NCBI GenBank assembly: GCA_049720225.1
Contig: JBNASD010000001.1
Span: forward strand, 228,733-292,732
Reading direction: 5' to 3'
From: Microgenomates group bacterium
GTDB taxonomy: Bacteria; Patescibacteriota; Microgenomatia; PFEM01; JBNASD01
Length of the DNA stretch: 64,000 nt
Part shown: in pieces, positions 28,654 through 37,881 of the stretch
Position numbering within the stretch: position 1 is the first letter of the stretch
Layout: each line of letters opens with the position of its first letter
The notes under the pieces: generated by a model
What the model was told of the DNA's origin: nothing
Database searches by the model: none
The model's input: the letters and a program-made list of their open reading frames with translations, nothing else
Position numbers and translations under genes: made by a program

Positions 28654-29934
28654 TCAAAATTTAGGTAAATAAAGAAAGCTCCACAAATTTAAAATAATCG
28701 AACCAGTTATTATCGCAATAGTTAAATTTTTTTGAATATTTTTATCTTTAACTAAGTTAAATATCCCCATATTTGCTAAAACCATAATTGGAATTAAAAC
28801 TGGAAATAAATACCTTCCCTGATTTTGAAAATCAAAATATAAAGAGTTCCATAAAGAAAAGGCAATATTTAAAGGAATCAAAATTGTAAATAATAAATAA
28901 AATAAATTATTTCCTTCCCAAATAATAATTTTCTTTTTTTCAGTTAGTTTTTCAATCAATCCTACTAATCCTAGAAATAAAAATCCCCTAAAAATCCATT
29001 GCATTACCGGATCTATCTCTATGGTCATATATCCAAAACGTCCATAAAAACTACTTAGAGTTTCTTCAATCCATTTACTTTTAAATAACACATCATAAAC
29101 TGTCCATCCTGCTTGATTAAAAGTTCGACTAACAAAATTAGCTTTAGTAATTTCTTGATAGGTTTTTATTCCTAAAAAGTCTTTATAAATCAACCAATTT
29201 CTCATAAAAAACCAACCACTTAAAAATAACGGTATTAGTGAAATAATTAATAAGTTTTGAAAATATAATTTTCTAACCTGCCAAAACCTTACTCCTAAAA
29301 ACAACAAGGGAATTAAAAATAACAACCAAAAATTCGTTTTAGAGAAAAAATGAAGAGCTAAACTTAATCCTAAAAGTACCCAGTATTTTTTCTCTTTTAT
29401 TTTTTCTTTGGATAATTGATAAAAAATTAAACTAATCAATATCAAAAATACGCTACTAGCCAGCGAATAAGCTTCTTGGTTAATATAGGCAAAAATATAA
29501 GTTACCTGGGGAATAAAAATTGTAGAAACTAATGTAGAATACACTATAAATGTGTTTTTTAAAAAAAACTTTTTTAAAAATAAATAATAAAGAACAACAA
29601 AAATTATTCCAAAAAAAACTGAGGACATTCTCCCTGCTAAATAATCTCTTTCTATTTTAACTAAACCTTTAAAATTAATAAAAATCGCCGTGATTATATA
29701 ATTTAAAAATGGAGTCTCAATATAAGTTGTCCCTTGACAATCTTTTTCTCTTATTACTGTAATTTTTTCTTTTCCTGCCACTGGTAATCTTTTTTCTTCC
29801 TGAAAAAATTTGGCTGTTTTAAAATGTAAACACTCATCAGGAGCCATATTATAAGGTAAAACCCAAGCCCAATGAGTTACCCACAAAGTCCAAATTATTA
29901 AAATTAAAATAAAAAATTTATTATTCTTCAGCAT
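28654..29934 (-). CDS. Polytopic membrane protein with a PMT/ArnT-like acidic loop motif (GT-C candidate).
   Basis: The first loop LPYNMAPDECLHFKTAKFFQEEKRLPVAG has a DE motif following TM1, as in the GT-C families. There are about 10 TM helices. Confidence 0.4.
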   Translation of the reverse strand: MLKNNKFFILILIIWTLWVTHWAWVLPYNMAPDECLHFKTAKFFQEEKRLPVAGKEKITVIREKDCQGTTYIETPFLNYIITAIFINFKGLVKIERDYLAGRMSSVFFGIIFVVLYYLFLKKFFLKNTFIVYSTLVSTIFIPQVTYIFAYINQEAYSLASSVFLILISLIFYQLSKEKIKEKKYWVLLGLSLALHFFSKTNFWLLFLIPLLFLGVRFWQVRKLYFQNLLIISLIPLFLSGWFFMRNWLIYKDFLGIKTYQEITKANFVSRTFNQAGWTVYDVLFKSKWIEETLSSFYGRFGYMTIEIDPVMQWIFRGFLFLGLVGLIEKLTEKKKIIIWEGNNLFYLLFTILIPLNIAFSLWNSLYFDFQNQGRYLFPVLIPIMVLANMGIFNLVKDKNIQKNLTIAIITGSIILNLWSFLYLPKF

Positions 29935-31186
29935 TTTTTTCTTTTAAAATAACCCAACTATAAAACAACGCAGTCCCTGCAAAAACACTGCGAACCAAAC
30001 TTTTTAATTGAAAAACATTAAACCAACGACTTAAAAAATCAGCCAATGAAGAGGCATTTTTTAAATGAGGAAAAATTGGTACAAATAATCCATATGATAA
30101 AGATGCCTCAAAAGTTAAAGTAATAAATAACCAACAACTAAATAAAGTTAAAACTAACCAAATATGTTTAAAATTATTTTCCACCAATTCTAAAATTAAA
30201 AAGGGGGTAATCCATAAAAACCATTGAGGATGATAGTGAGTAACGGAAAATATTAAAAGTAAAATAGATATATAATAACCAATAAGCCTCCCACTATTCT
30301 TGTAATAAAAGGCATAAAAATAAAGAAAAATTAAAATAAAAATAAATGGATAAATTGATTCTGCACCAGAAAGCGCCCAATTCATAAAAAGCATCTTTTG
30401 GCTCTTGGGAGAAAATAGAACCATCGACCTGAAGCCTTTAGAAAAGAGGTAGGGAAAAATAGAAAGAATAAACGGAAAAAACCCAATTAAAATAAGTTTA
30501 ATCCTCTTTTTTATCCCCTCTTCCAGCTTAAATGCAGTAGGAAAAATTAATAAAAGTGGAAATAATTTATAACTCCCACCTACACCTAAAGAAAACATAG
30601 CCCAATTTATTTTTTTATTTTTTATTAAAAAAAGAGATAAAACTACAAAAAATACAGGCAATATATCTATTTGTCCTATCATAAAAGTAGTATATAAAGC
30701 GATAGGATTAAACATCCAAAACAAAAAAGTTAGTTTTTTTTGACTCTCTTTTTCTAAAAGAGAACTTAGCAAAAACGCAAGAAGTATATCAAGAAAAATA
30801 TACGGAAATTTAAAGAAAAATATATGAGAATAAATTTTGGGATAGAAGTATGCTTGATTAATATTTTCCATCAGCCAGGGAATAAAATTAGAGTCAGTAA
30901 AAGGTTTTACTAAAAACCTAAAAATTCCCAAGGTAAAATAAGTTAAAGGTGGATAAATAAATATATCTCCTACTCCGAAATTACGCACTAAAGGATGAGA
31001 CTGAGGTAAATTAATTAAATAATCATAAATATTAAATTTACCTTCGTACGCAAAAAAATAAGCGGTAAACGAATGACCCCATAAATCAGAATGAGCGGTA
31101 ATTGGAGAGAGTATTAACCTTAAAAAAAGTCCAAAAATTAGCCAAGGAAAATACCAGCAATTAGTTATTTTCTTTAATAATCTCAT
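29921..31186 (-). CDS. Polytopic membrane protein (GT-C/DUF2029-like candidate).
   Basis: There are about 11 TM helices. The N-terminal loop is ITAHSDLWGHSFTAYFFAYEGKFNIYDY. No soluble catalytic domain is present. Confidence 0.35.
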   Translation of the reverse strand: MRLLKKITNCWYFPWLIFGLFLRLILSPITAHSDLWGHSFTAYFFAYEGKFNIYDYLINLPQSHPLVRNFGVGDIFIYPPLTYFTLGIFRFLVKPFTDSNFIPWLMENINQAYFYPKIYSHIFFFKFPYIFLDILLAFLLSSLLEKESQKKLTFLFWMFNPIALYTTFMIGQIDILPVFFVVLSLFLIKNKKINWAMFSLGVGGSYKLFPLLLIFPTAFKLEEGIKKRIKLILIGFFPFILSIFPYLFSKGFRSMVLFSPKSQKMLFMNWALSGAESIYPFIFILIFLYFYAFYYKNSGRLIGYYISILLLIFSVTHYHPQWFLWITPFLILELVENNFKHIWLVLTLFSCWLFITLTFEASLSYGLFVPIFPHLKNASSLADFLSRWFNVFQLKSLVRSVFAGTALFYSWVILKEKNAEE

Positions 31187-32240
31187 AAAATTTTTCCCAA
31201 AATTTTGTTTCTGAGTAATTTTTACTTGATTTTACTACTTTTTTAGATAATTTTTGAAGTTTTTGAGGGTTATTAATTAAATCAAATGTAATGGTTATCA
31301 AATCTTGTTCTTTTTCCCATAAAAATCCATTTTCTCCTTCTTTAATTATAACTGGTGCTTCTCCTTTTTTAATTACTATAGGAACTACCCCTGAAGCCAT
31401 TGCTTCAATTGTGGTAATACCAAAATGTTCAACTTTTTCTGGTTCTTTGTTTTCATCAATTCCAAATCCAGAAGCGGACCAAAAAATTTTTGCTCGAGAA
31501 TATAATTTTTTAAGCTCTTCGAAAGAAGGACTTTTAATTAACTTAATAGGAAAACCAATTGTTTCTTTTTCCAAAAACTTAAAATATTCCTCTCCTCCTA
31601 CTTCTACTCCTCCAGCGAGAATCAATTTCCAATTTTTCAATCCCTGTTTTACCATTTCTTTAAAAATCTTTATAAGAATATCTTGCCTTTTTGCCTGTAA
31701 AAGTTGAGAAAATCTTCCTACTGATAAAATAATATTTTCTTTTTTGCCAAGGTTAAATTGATCTACAGCTACTGGAGGATAAATCACTAAAGAATTAATT
31801 CCATATTCTCTATCAATAAATTTTTTAGTGAAAAATGAATTACAAACAACATAATCTATATTTTTTAATTTTAGTTTATTTAACCAATTTTTTCCCCCTA
31901 CATTATGAAAAGGCACTTGAAAATGTAAAATATTTTTTTTAGAAAAAAGCCAGGGAATACTACCATCACTTAACCAAAAAAATAAATCATACTTTCTAGT
32001 TTTTTTAACACGAGAAAGAAAAGAATTAACTAAAGGAGAAAAATTTTCTTTATCAAAATTAAAATCAAATCTTTCTTTAATCTTTAAAGCAATTTCGGGA
32101 TTGTTCCAAAAAATTTTTACTACCCACCCATTTTTTTTAAAAAAATTAGCTAAAGTAAGAGTATATCTTTCCCCTCCTCCTAAAGTATCTAAATAAGGAT
32201 CATAAAATCCAACTATTTTTTTATTTTTTGTTTTTCCCAT
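31161..32240 (-). CDS. Family 4 glycosyltransferase (GT-B). The start is probably the internal MGKTKNKK at 32240 rather than the track start at 32315.
   Basis: The C-terminal domain has EHFGITTIEAMASGVVPIVIKKGEAPVII (the GT4 E-x7-E region). The N-terminus GFYDPYLDTLGGGERYTLTLANFFKKNG is typical of GT4 enzymes. Confidence 0.8.
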   Translation of the reverse strand: MGKTKNKKIVGFYDPYLDTLGGGERYTLTLANFFKKNGWVVKIFWNNPEIALKIKERFDFNFDKENFSPLVNSFLSRVKKTRKYDLFFWLSDGSIPWLFSKKNILHFQVPFHNVGGKNWLNKLKLKNIDYVVCNSFFTKKFIDREYGINSLVIYPPVAVDQFNLGKKENIILSVGRFSQLLQAKRQDILIKIFKEMVKQGLKNWKLILAGGVEVGGEEYFKFLEKETIGFPIKLIKSPSFEELKKLYSRAKIFWSASGFGIDENKEPEKVEHFGITTIEAMASGVVPIVIKKGEAPVIIKEGENGFLWEKEQDLITITFDLINNPQKLQKLSKKVVKSSKNYSETKFWEKFYEIIKENN

Positions 32241-32986
32241 AATTTTGCATAAGTAATAAATCGAGAAAACATTTGATAAATTATTTCTATCCATCCTACT
32301 ACTCCATCTCGCCATCCTTGTTTTTTAATTCCTCTTTCCCAAAATTCAGTTAACATAATTCTTAAAAATCGCCACCAGGTCATTGGTGGATGGCCACTTT
32401 TATAAAGTAATTCTGCTTCAATTTCCGACCATTGATTTGTTTTTTCTACCATCGAAGACAAGTCGCGATGGGTTATATGAAGAATTGGATTTTTTAAATA
32501 TCCTAATTTTCCTTCAAAAACTGGCCTTTCATGAAGTTTTCCTTCCCATTTTCTTAAGTTTTCTCGTTTAAACAATCTTATCTGATAATCTGGCCACCAT
32601 CCACCAAATCTTACCGGACGACCTAACAAAATATTTTGCCGAGGAATGGCATAAGCAGAGAATTCTTTTGAATTTTTACTAATTATTTCCGAAATTTCCT
32701 TTTTAAGTTCCGGAGTCACTCTTTCATCGGTATCTAAATAAAAAATCCATTCTCCTTTACTTTCGCCAATCCCCTGATTATGCCATTCGGCAAAATCCAT
32801 TTTCTTTTCTTTTTGAAAACGAATTTTTACCTTTTTAAATTCTTTTACTATTTCTAAAGTTCCATCGGTTGAACCTCCATCTAAATAAATAATTTCATCA
32901 GCCCATTTTACTGATAAAAGGCAATCTTTAATTAAATCTTTAGCATTTTTTCCGATAATTATTACCGAAATTTTTGGCTTTTTCAT
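32213..32986 (-). CDS. Family 2 glycosyltransferase.
   Basis: ISVIIIGKNAKDLIKDCLLSVKWADEIIYLDGGSTDGT...YLDTDERVT...GGWWPDYQIRLF. It is a paralogue of 17374..18177 and 34968..35837. Confidence 0.8.
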   Translation of the reverse strand: MKKPKISVIIIGKNAKDLIKDCLLSVKWADEIIYLDGGSTDGTLEIVKEFKKVKIRFQKEKKMDFAEWHNQGIGESKGEWIFYLDTDERVTPELKKEISEIISKNSKEFSAYAIPRQNILLGRPVRFGGWWPDYQIRLFKRENLRKWEGKLHERPVFEGKLGYLKNPILHITHRDLSSMVEKTNQWSEIEAELLYKSGHPPMTWWRFLRIMLTEFWERGIKKQGWRDGVVGWIEIIYQMFSRFITYAKLWEKQKIKK

Positions 32987-32987
32987 C

Positions 32988-33683
32988 TTAATAAAGAAAA
33001 TCTATTAAAAAAATTGCCACTGTCAACCAAAATCCTCCTAAAAGAAAACCACCAATTACATCAGTTAAAAAATGAACTCCTAAATAAAGCCGACTAAAGG
33101 CAATTAAAAGTATTAATAAACCAATCATTATAGAAAATCCTACATTCCATTTTTTAGAAAATTTACCAAAACGAAAAATTAAATAAGTAATTAATCCATA
33201 AAAGTAAAAAGAAATGGCGCTGTGACCAGAAGGAAAAGAATAACAATTAAAAATCCCCCCAAATAAAAAATCAGGACATTCCCCTGGACGAATTCGCGAA
33301 AAAAAAGATTTAAAAAAACTTAATAAAATAGCGCTTCCCAATAAAGAAATTAAAACAGTAATTGCCGCTCTTTTCCTTTTGGTCTTAATTAAAAAAATTA
33401 ATAAAAATAAAGATAAACTCATAATAAAAAATTCTGATCCTAAAAGAGTAATTTTTTCTAGAAAATATCTTATTGTCGGTGAAGAATTCTTCTGAAAAAA
33501 TAAAGATAAATTTACATCTAAATCAATTAAGAATGAATTAAATATTTTTTTCCATAAAAGAAAAAAACTGAAAATAGAAAATAAACAAACCATTAAAAAA
33601 AATAAAAACTTACGCTTTGGGTAATTTTTAATTCTTTTAATTAAATCTTCTTTTTGAAATTCTAGCCACTGTTTTAGGGTCAT
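32988..33683 (-). CDS. PAP2-family phosphatase; candidate undecaprenyl-diphosphate phosphatase.
   Basis: All three PAP2 motifs are present: KSFFSRIRPGE (KX6RP), FPSGHSA (PSGH) and SRLYLGVHFLTDVIGG (SRX5HX3D). The protein has six TM helices. Confidence 0.75.
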   Translation of the reverse strand: MTLKQWLEFQKEDLIKRIKNYPKRKFLFFLMVCLFSIFSFFLLWKKIFNSFLIDLDVNLSLFFQKNSSPTIRYFLEKITLLGSEFFIMSLSLFLLIFLIKTKRKRAAITVLISLLGSAILLSFFKSFFSRIRPGECPDFLFGGIFNCYSFPSGHSAISFYFYGLITYLIFRFGKFSKKWNVGFSIMIGLLILLIAFSRLYLGVHFLTDVIGGFLLGGFWLTVAIFLIDFLY

Positions 33684-34048
33684 TTTATTTTTTCAATAAA
33701 TGCAGGAAGAAAAATAAAAAAACCCAAAATTGCCAATCCAAAGGAAAGAACTAGCATCATCCCCGCAGAGATATCTTTTGCAATTTTTATTTTAGGATCG
33801 TACTTTTCACTGATAACATCTAAGGTTTTTTCAAAAGCGGTATTAGTCATTTCGATGGTTAACCCTAGAAAAATAGCTAAAATTAAAAACAAAAGTTTTT
33901 CCCCAGAAATTTTTAACCACCAAGAAAAAAATAAAACTAAAAGAGAGATAATTAAATGAACTTTAAAGTTTCTTTGTGTTTTAAAAGCATACACAATCCC
34001 GTTTAAAGCATTTTTAAATGATTGCCACCAATTTTGATTTTTAGTCAT
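33680..34048 (-). CDS. dgkA: Prokaryotic diacylglycerol-kinase family protein (DgkA-like); possibly undecaprenol kinase.
   Basis: It is 122 aa with three TM helices. IEMTNTAFEKTLDVISEKYDPKIKIAKDISAGMMLV matches the DAGK_prokar signature (E..NTAIE...D.......AKD.aAgAVL). Confidence 0.7.
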   Translation of the reverse strand: MTKNQNWWQSFKNALNGIVYAFKTQRNFKVHLIISLLVLFFSWWLKISGEKLLFLILAIFLGLTIEMTNTAFEKTLDVISEKYDPKIKIAKDISAGMMLVLSFGLAILGFFIFLPAFIEKIK

Positions 34049-34058
34049 ATTTTTTATT

Positions 34059-34967
34059 TTAATCTATCCAACTGCCTTTGCCAAATTTTTGAAAATAAAA
34101 GTCTCTAATAGCAATTTTTTGCCACTTTCGTCCTTTTAAAAAAATTTTAAAGCTTTCTTTAATTAAAGCTATTTTAGTACGCAAAGAAGCATATTTTATC
34201 CCAAAAAGCATCCGATTTCGGGTAATAAAATAGTCATGAAGTGACCCGCCAACCTCACTTGATCCTGCATTATAATGCCAAACTTTTGCCTGAGGAACAT
34301 AAATAATCTTAAATCCTGCTTTTTTTGCTCTAACACAAAAATCAACATCTTCCAAATACAAAAAATAACGAGGATCAAATAAACCCACTTTTTCAAAAAC
34401 TTCTCTTTTAACCAACATTGCACAACCAGAAACAAAATCTGTTTCTTCTACTTTATCATATTGTCCTCTATCAACTTCATCAACTCCTCGATGAGAACAA
34501 TAAATATTTTTCCAATCAATTAATCCTCCCGCATACCAAAAAACTTTTCCTCTTTCTTCTTTTTTATATCTATTTTTGTGGTATTCATAGCAGGGTGCAA
34601 AGTAAATCTTTGGACCAAAAATGCCACTTTTATTAATCAAATCACTTTGTTTAATTAAATAAATTAAAAAATTTTTATCAACAGTAGTATCGTTATTTAA
34701 AATTAAAATATAATCGGCACCATTTTTTAAAGCATACCTTATTCCCACATTATTCCCTTCTGCAAAACCTAAATTTTGGGAATTTTTAATTATTTTTAAA
34801 TCTTTAAATTTTTTCCTCAGATAATCAACCGGTTCGGGAGAACAATTATCAACTAAAATTTTAATAATTTGATAGTTTTTGATATTTATTTCGTTAAGAA
34901 ACTTAAAACATTGGTCTGTTAAATTTTTACCTTTATAATGAAGAACAACAATTCCAACTTTTTTCAT
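34059..34967 (-). CDS. Family 2 glycosyltransferase.
   Basis: VGIVVLHYKGKNLTDQCFKFLNEI...ILVDNCSPEP, ILNNDTT and LEDVDFC. Confidence 0.8.
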   Translation of the reverse strand: MKKVGIVVLHYKGKNLTDQCFKFLNEINIKNYQIIKILVDNCSPEPVDYLRKKFKDLKIIKNSQNLGFAEGNNVGIRYALKNGADYILILNNDTTVDKNFLIYLIKQSDLINKSGIFGPKIYFAPCYEYHKNRYKKEERGKVFWYAGGLIDWKNIYCSHRGVDEVDRGQYDKVEETDFVSGCAMLVKREVFEKVGLFDPRYFLYLEDVDFCVRAKKAGFKIIYVPQAKVWHYNAGSSEVGGSLHDYFITRNRMLFGIKYASLRTKIALIKESFKIFLKGRKWQKIAIRDFYFQKFGKGSWID

Positions 34968-35837
34968 TTAGATTTTACTTTTTATCTTTAACCAAAATTT
35001 TTTAGGAAATTTTTCTACACAAGATCGCCACCAAAAATAATTATTAATTACTTTTTCAAAAGATAACGAATAATCTTTTATTTCAACCTCTCTAAATTTT
35101 TCTTTTTCCCAAATTTTTAAATAAACTACTAACTCTGAAAATGCTTGTAGTAAACAAAGAGCTAATCCATGAATTCCATCTTTCCATCCTTTTTCAACAA
35201 AAAATCGACGAAAAAATTCCTCGGCTGGTTTGATTATTAAATCTTGATATTCAAATTTATAATTCTTTTCTCTCAAAATTTCCGCTGTCAATGTAGTATA
35301 TCGATCCAATTTCTGAAGATATTGAGAAATTGAATGGTAGTTATAATGAACAAGAGGAACATTTATTTCTCCAACCTTTCCTTCTAAAATCAATTGCTCA
35401 TGAACTTTTCCTTGATATTTTCCTTTTTTAGTTTTAAACAAATGAAGTTGCCAATCTGGATACCAACCAGTATGTTTTATCCATTTACCAAAAATAATAT
35501 TCTTCCGAGGAAAACGAAAGCCGTCATATTTATCTTCTTTAATTACTTTTTCTACTTCTTTTCTAAACTCAGGAGTAACTCGCTCGTCCGCATCTATCAT
35601 TAAAACCCATTTTGTTTTCACCTTGTTTAAAGCCCAATTTCTTTGAGAAGAAAAGTTATCAAGCCTCCTCTGATAAACTCGCGCACTAAACTTCTTAGCA
35701 ATTTTAACCGTTTCATCGGTAGAAAAATCATCAACTACAATAATTTCTTTAACCCAAGACAAATTATCAAGACATTCACCAAGATTTTTCTCTTCGTTTT
35801 TGGTAAGAATTACCGCCGTTAAATCTGATTTCTGCAT
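34968..35837 (-). CDS. Family 2 glycosyltransferase.
   Basis: TAVILTKNEEKNLGECLDNLSWVKEIIVVDDFSTDETV, MIDADERVT and GWYPDWQLHLF. Confidence 0.8.
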   Translation of the reverse strand: MQKSDLTAVILTKNEEKNLGECLDNLSWVKEIIVVDDFSTDETVKIAKKFSARVYQRRLDNFSSQRNWALNKVKTKWVLMIDADERVTPEFRKEVEKVIKEDKYDGFRFPRKNIIFGKWIKHTGWYPDWQLHLFKTKKGKYQGKVHEQLILEGKVGEINVPLVHYNYHSISQYLQKLDRYTTLTAEILREKNYKFEYQDLIIKPAEEFFRRFFVEKGWKDGIHGLALCLLQAFSELVVYLKIWEKEKFREVEIKDYSLSFEKVINNYFWWRSCVEKFPKKFWLKIKSKI

Positions 35838-35842
35838 TAACT

Positions 35843-37819
35843 TTATTTTATCCTATTGACTTTAAAAATTCTAACTTTTCCATTATTAAAAATTAAAGGC
35901 AAATCTAAATCTTTTTCGGAGTTAAATTTTTGGTCATCTACTAAATAAATATAATTAATTCTTGCCTCCTTCAAAAATTTTTCCGCTTTTTCTTTTTCTT
36001 TAGTTTGAAAAAATTCTTCAACTTTTTTTAATCTTTCTTTCCAAGGATAACCTAAAATATTTGCCTGGTTTTGGTCTTCTAAATAGACTCTTCTTTCACT
36101 AAAAAATGAGACATAGGAAGAATTATAATAAGTCAAAGGAATTGGTGGTCTTTCAAATTGTTTTCTTTTATTTTCATAATAAGGATAAGTGAGAATAATT
36201 TCCTCTTTAGAAGAATAGCGTTTTAAAAAATTTAATCCCTCCAACTCTTTTTTTTCTAAAATCGTAGTTGGAGTAGGAGCATTATACCACCAAAAGGTTT
36301 TTACTGCCGAAGGTAAAGAACAAACAATTAATAAAATAATAATTAGAATTTTAATTTCATTTTTAGGGATTTTTTTCCATATTTTTCCTATTGCCCATCC
36401 CGCTAAAAATCCAAAAAAGAAGATAAAATAATAAAGAAACTGAATAGTATTCCAAGCTACTCCTTTTTGGATAAAAAATAATGGAGGAAAAAAAGAAATC
36501 GGTAAAGCAATCAAAAAAAGGATATCCAAAAAATTTTTTCTTTTAAATAAATCTTTAAAAGAAAGAAATCCGCAAATTCTACTACCTAAATTACCTACTA
36601 AAAAAATTAAAAAAGCAATAAGTTCTATTATTAAAACTTTATATTTTTCTCCAATTAAAGAATAAAATTGACGTCTCATTTCTAAATTCACCCAATTTAC
36701 TCGATCTGGCGCTTCAATCATGGTTCTAATAAACCACCACGGTTTCCAAATTAAAAATTCTTCGCCAGTAATATTACTTTTCCAGTAAAATAAACCAGAA
36801 ATTAAAAAAGCCAAAAGCACAATTTTTATTAAATCGAAATCTTTTTTATTTATCATCCGCCAACCTCCAATTAAACTTAGAGTTAAAAAAATAACTATGG
36901 CTCCATAAATTTTAACGATAACCAATAATCCCAAAATTAAAGCAATTAAAGGAATTAAAATTTTATTTTTTTCTTTTATGAATAAATTTAGTAAAATTAA
37001 ACCTCCACTAATCAAAATTAATGATAAAGCAAAAGGTGGATTTAAAAAGGCAGAGGGCGTCTGAGCTCCCCAAAAAGCAGTCTCCCAATTGTTACTTCCC
37101 AAACCAAAGATATTTAAAACCCAACCAAAACTACTAGTAAAAGAAAAGAAGAAAACACTAAAAATAGAGGCAACTTTATTTTTAGTCCACTGCAAAGTTA
37201 AAAAATAAACCAAACTGTTTAAAATCAAGCTAAATATTAAAGGAAAAAAACGAAAGTAAATATCTAAAATTGGAATTTTAAAAAAATAATTAATCTGAGC
37301 AATTAGTAAATCAGTTAAAAAATGATAATTCTTTAATAATTCTCCAGCAAAACCAGGATTTTGAGGGGGAAAATTATTGACTAACTCCCTCGTTAATGCC
37401 ATATGCCACACCCCATCATATCCATTTACTCCCCAAAACAAGATCCCTTTATCTGTCATCCATCCGCTTTTAAACATTAAAGAAGACTGGAAAAGTGCTC
37501 CTCCTAAAACTATCAAAAAAGGAAAGAAGTTTATTTTTAACTTTTTAATTTTTAGGTAGTATTCTCGATAAATTTGTTTTTTAAGAAACAAAAATAAAAA
37601 TATGAGGTTAATTGGTAAAATTAAAATCCTTAATTCCAAAAATCCCAACCAAAAGCTCAAAAAAAGAAAAAAACTTAAACCAACAACGACACTTAAAAAA
37701 ATTTTTTGTAGGGGGAAAATTTTGACTTTAACCAAAAGAACAGCTCCAGAAATAAAAAGAAAAAAAAGCAAAAAAAGCAAGAATAAAATAAAATTTCCCA
37801 ATAAGGATAAAATTGTCAT
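35843..37819 (-). CDS. Large polytopic membrane protein, family X member 2 (unassigned; GT-C/polymerase-like).
   Basis: The conserved loop is KSGWMTDKGILFWGVNGYDGVWHMALTRELVNNFPPQNPGFAGELLKNYHFLTDLL. There are about 14 TM helices and a C-terminal soluble domain. Collinear similarity to 37882..39903 runs throughout. Confidence 0.45.
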   Translation of the reverse strand: MTILSLLGNFILFLLFLLFFLFISGAVLLVKVKIFPLQKIFLSVVVGLSFFLFLSFWLGFLELRILILPINLIFLFLFLKKQIYREYYLKIKKLKINFFPFLIVLGGALFQSSLMFKSGWMTDKGILFWGVNGYDGVWHMALTRELVNNFPPQNPGFAGELLKNYHFLTDLLIAQINYFFKIPILDIYFRFFPLIFSLILNSLVYFLTLQWTKNKVASIFSVFFFSFTSSFGWVLNIFGLGSNNWETAFWGAQTPSAFLNPPFALSLILISGGLILLNLFIKEKNKILIPLIALILGLLVIVKIYGAIVIFLTLSLIGGWRMINKKDFDLIKIVLLAFLISGLFYWKSNITGEEFLIWKPWWFIRTMIEAPDRVNWVNLEMRRQFYSLIGEKYKVLIIELIAFLIFLVGNLGSRICGFLSFKDLFKRKNFLDILFLIALPISFFPPLFFIQKGVAWNTIQFLYYFIFFFGFLAGWAIGKIWKKIPKNEIKILIIILLIVCSLPSAVKTFWWYNAPTPTTILEKKELEGLNFLKRYSSKEEIILTYPYYENKRKQFERPPIPLTYYNSSYVSFFSERRVYLEDQNQANILGYPWKERLKKVEEFFQTKEKEKAEKFLKEARINYIYLVDDQKFNSEKDLDLPLIFNNGKVRIFKVNRIK

Positions 37820-37861
37820 TATAAATTAATTTTATCATTTAAAATTGATTTTAGAAAACAG

Positions 37862-37881
37862 ATAAAAGTATAATTTAATAA
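37862..37881 (+). promoter_or_regulatory. -10-like TATAAT hexamer about 8 nt upstream of the ATG of 37882..39903, with no Shine-Dalgarno sequence. Suggests a leaderless or very short-leader transcript.
   Basis: ...gataaaagtataatttaataa ATG. The same arrangement occurs at 26517..26522 (tataat, ATG at 26530) and near 14166..14173 (tatataat, ATG at 14179). In an AT-rich genome such hexamers can occur by chance. Confidence 0.3.
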
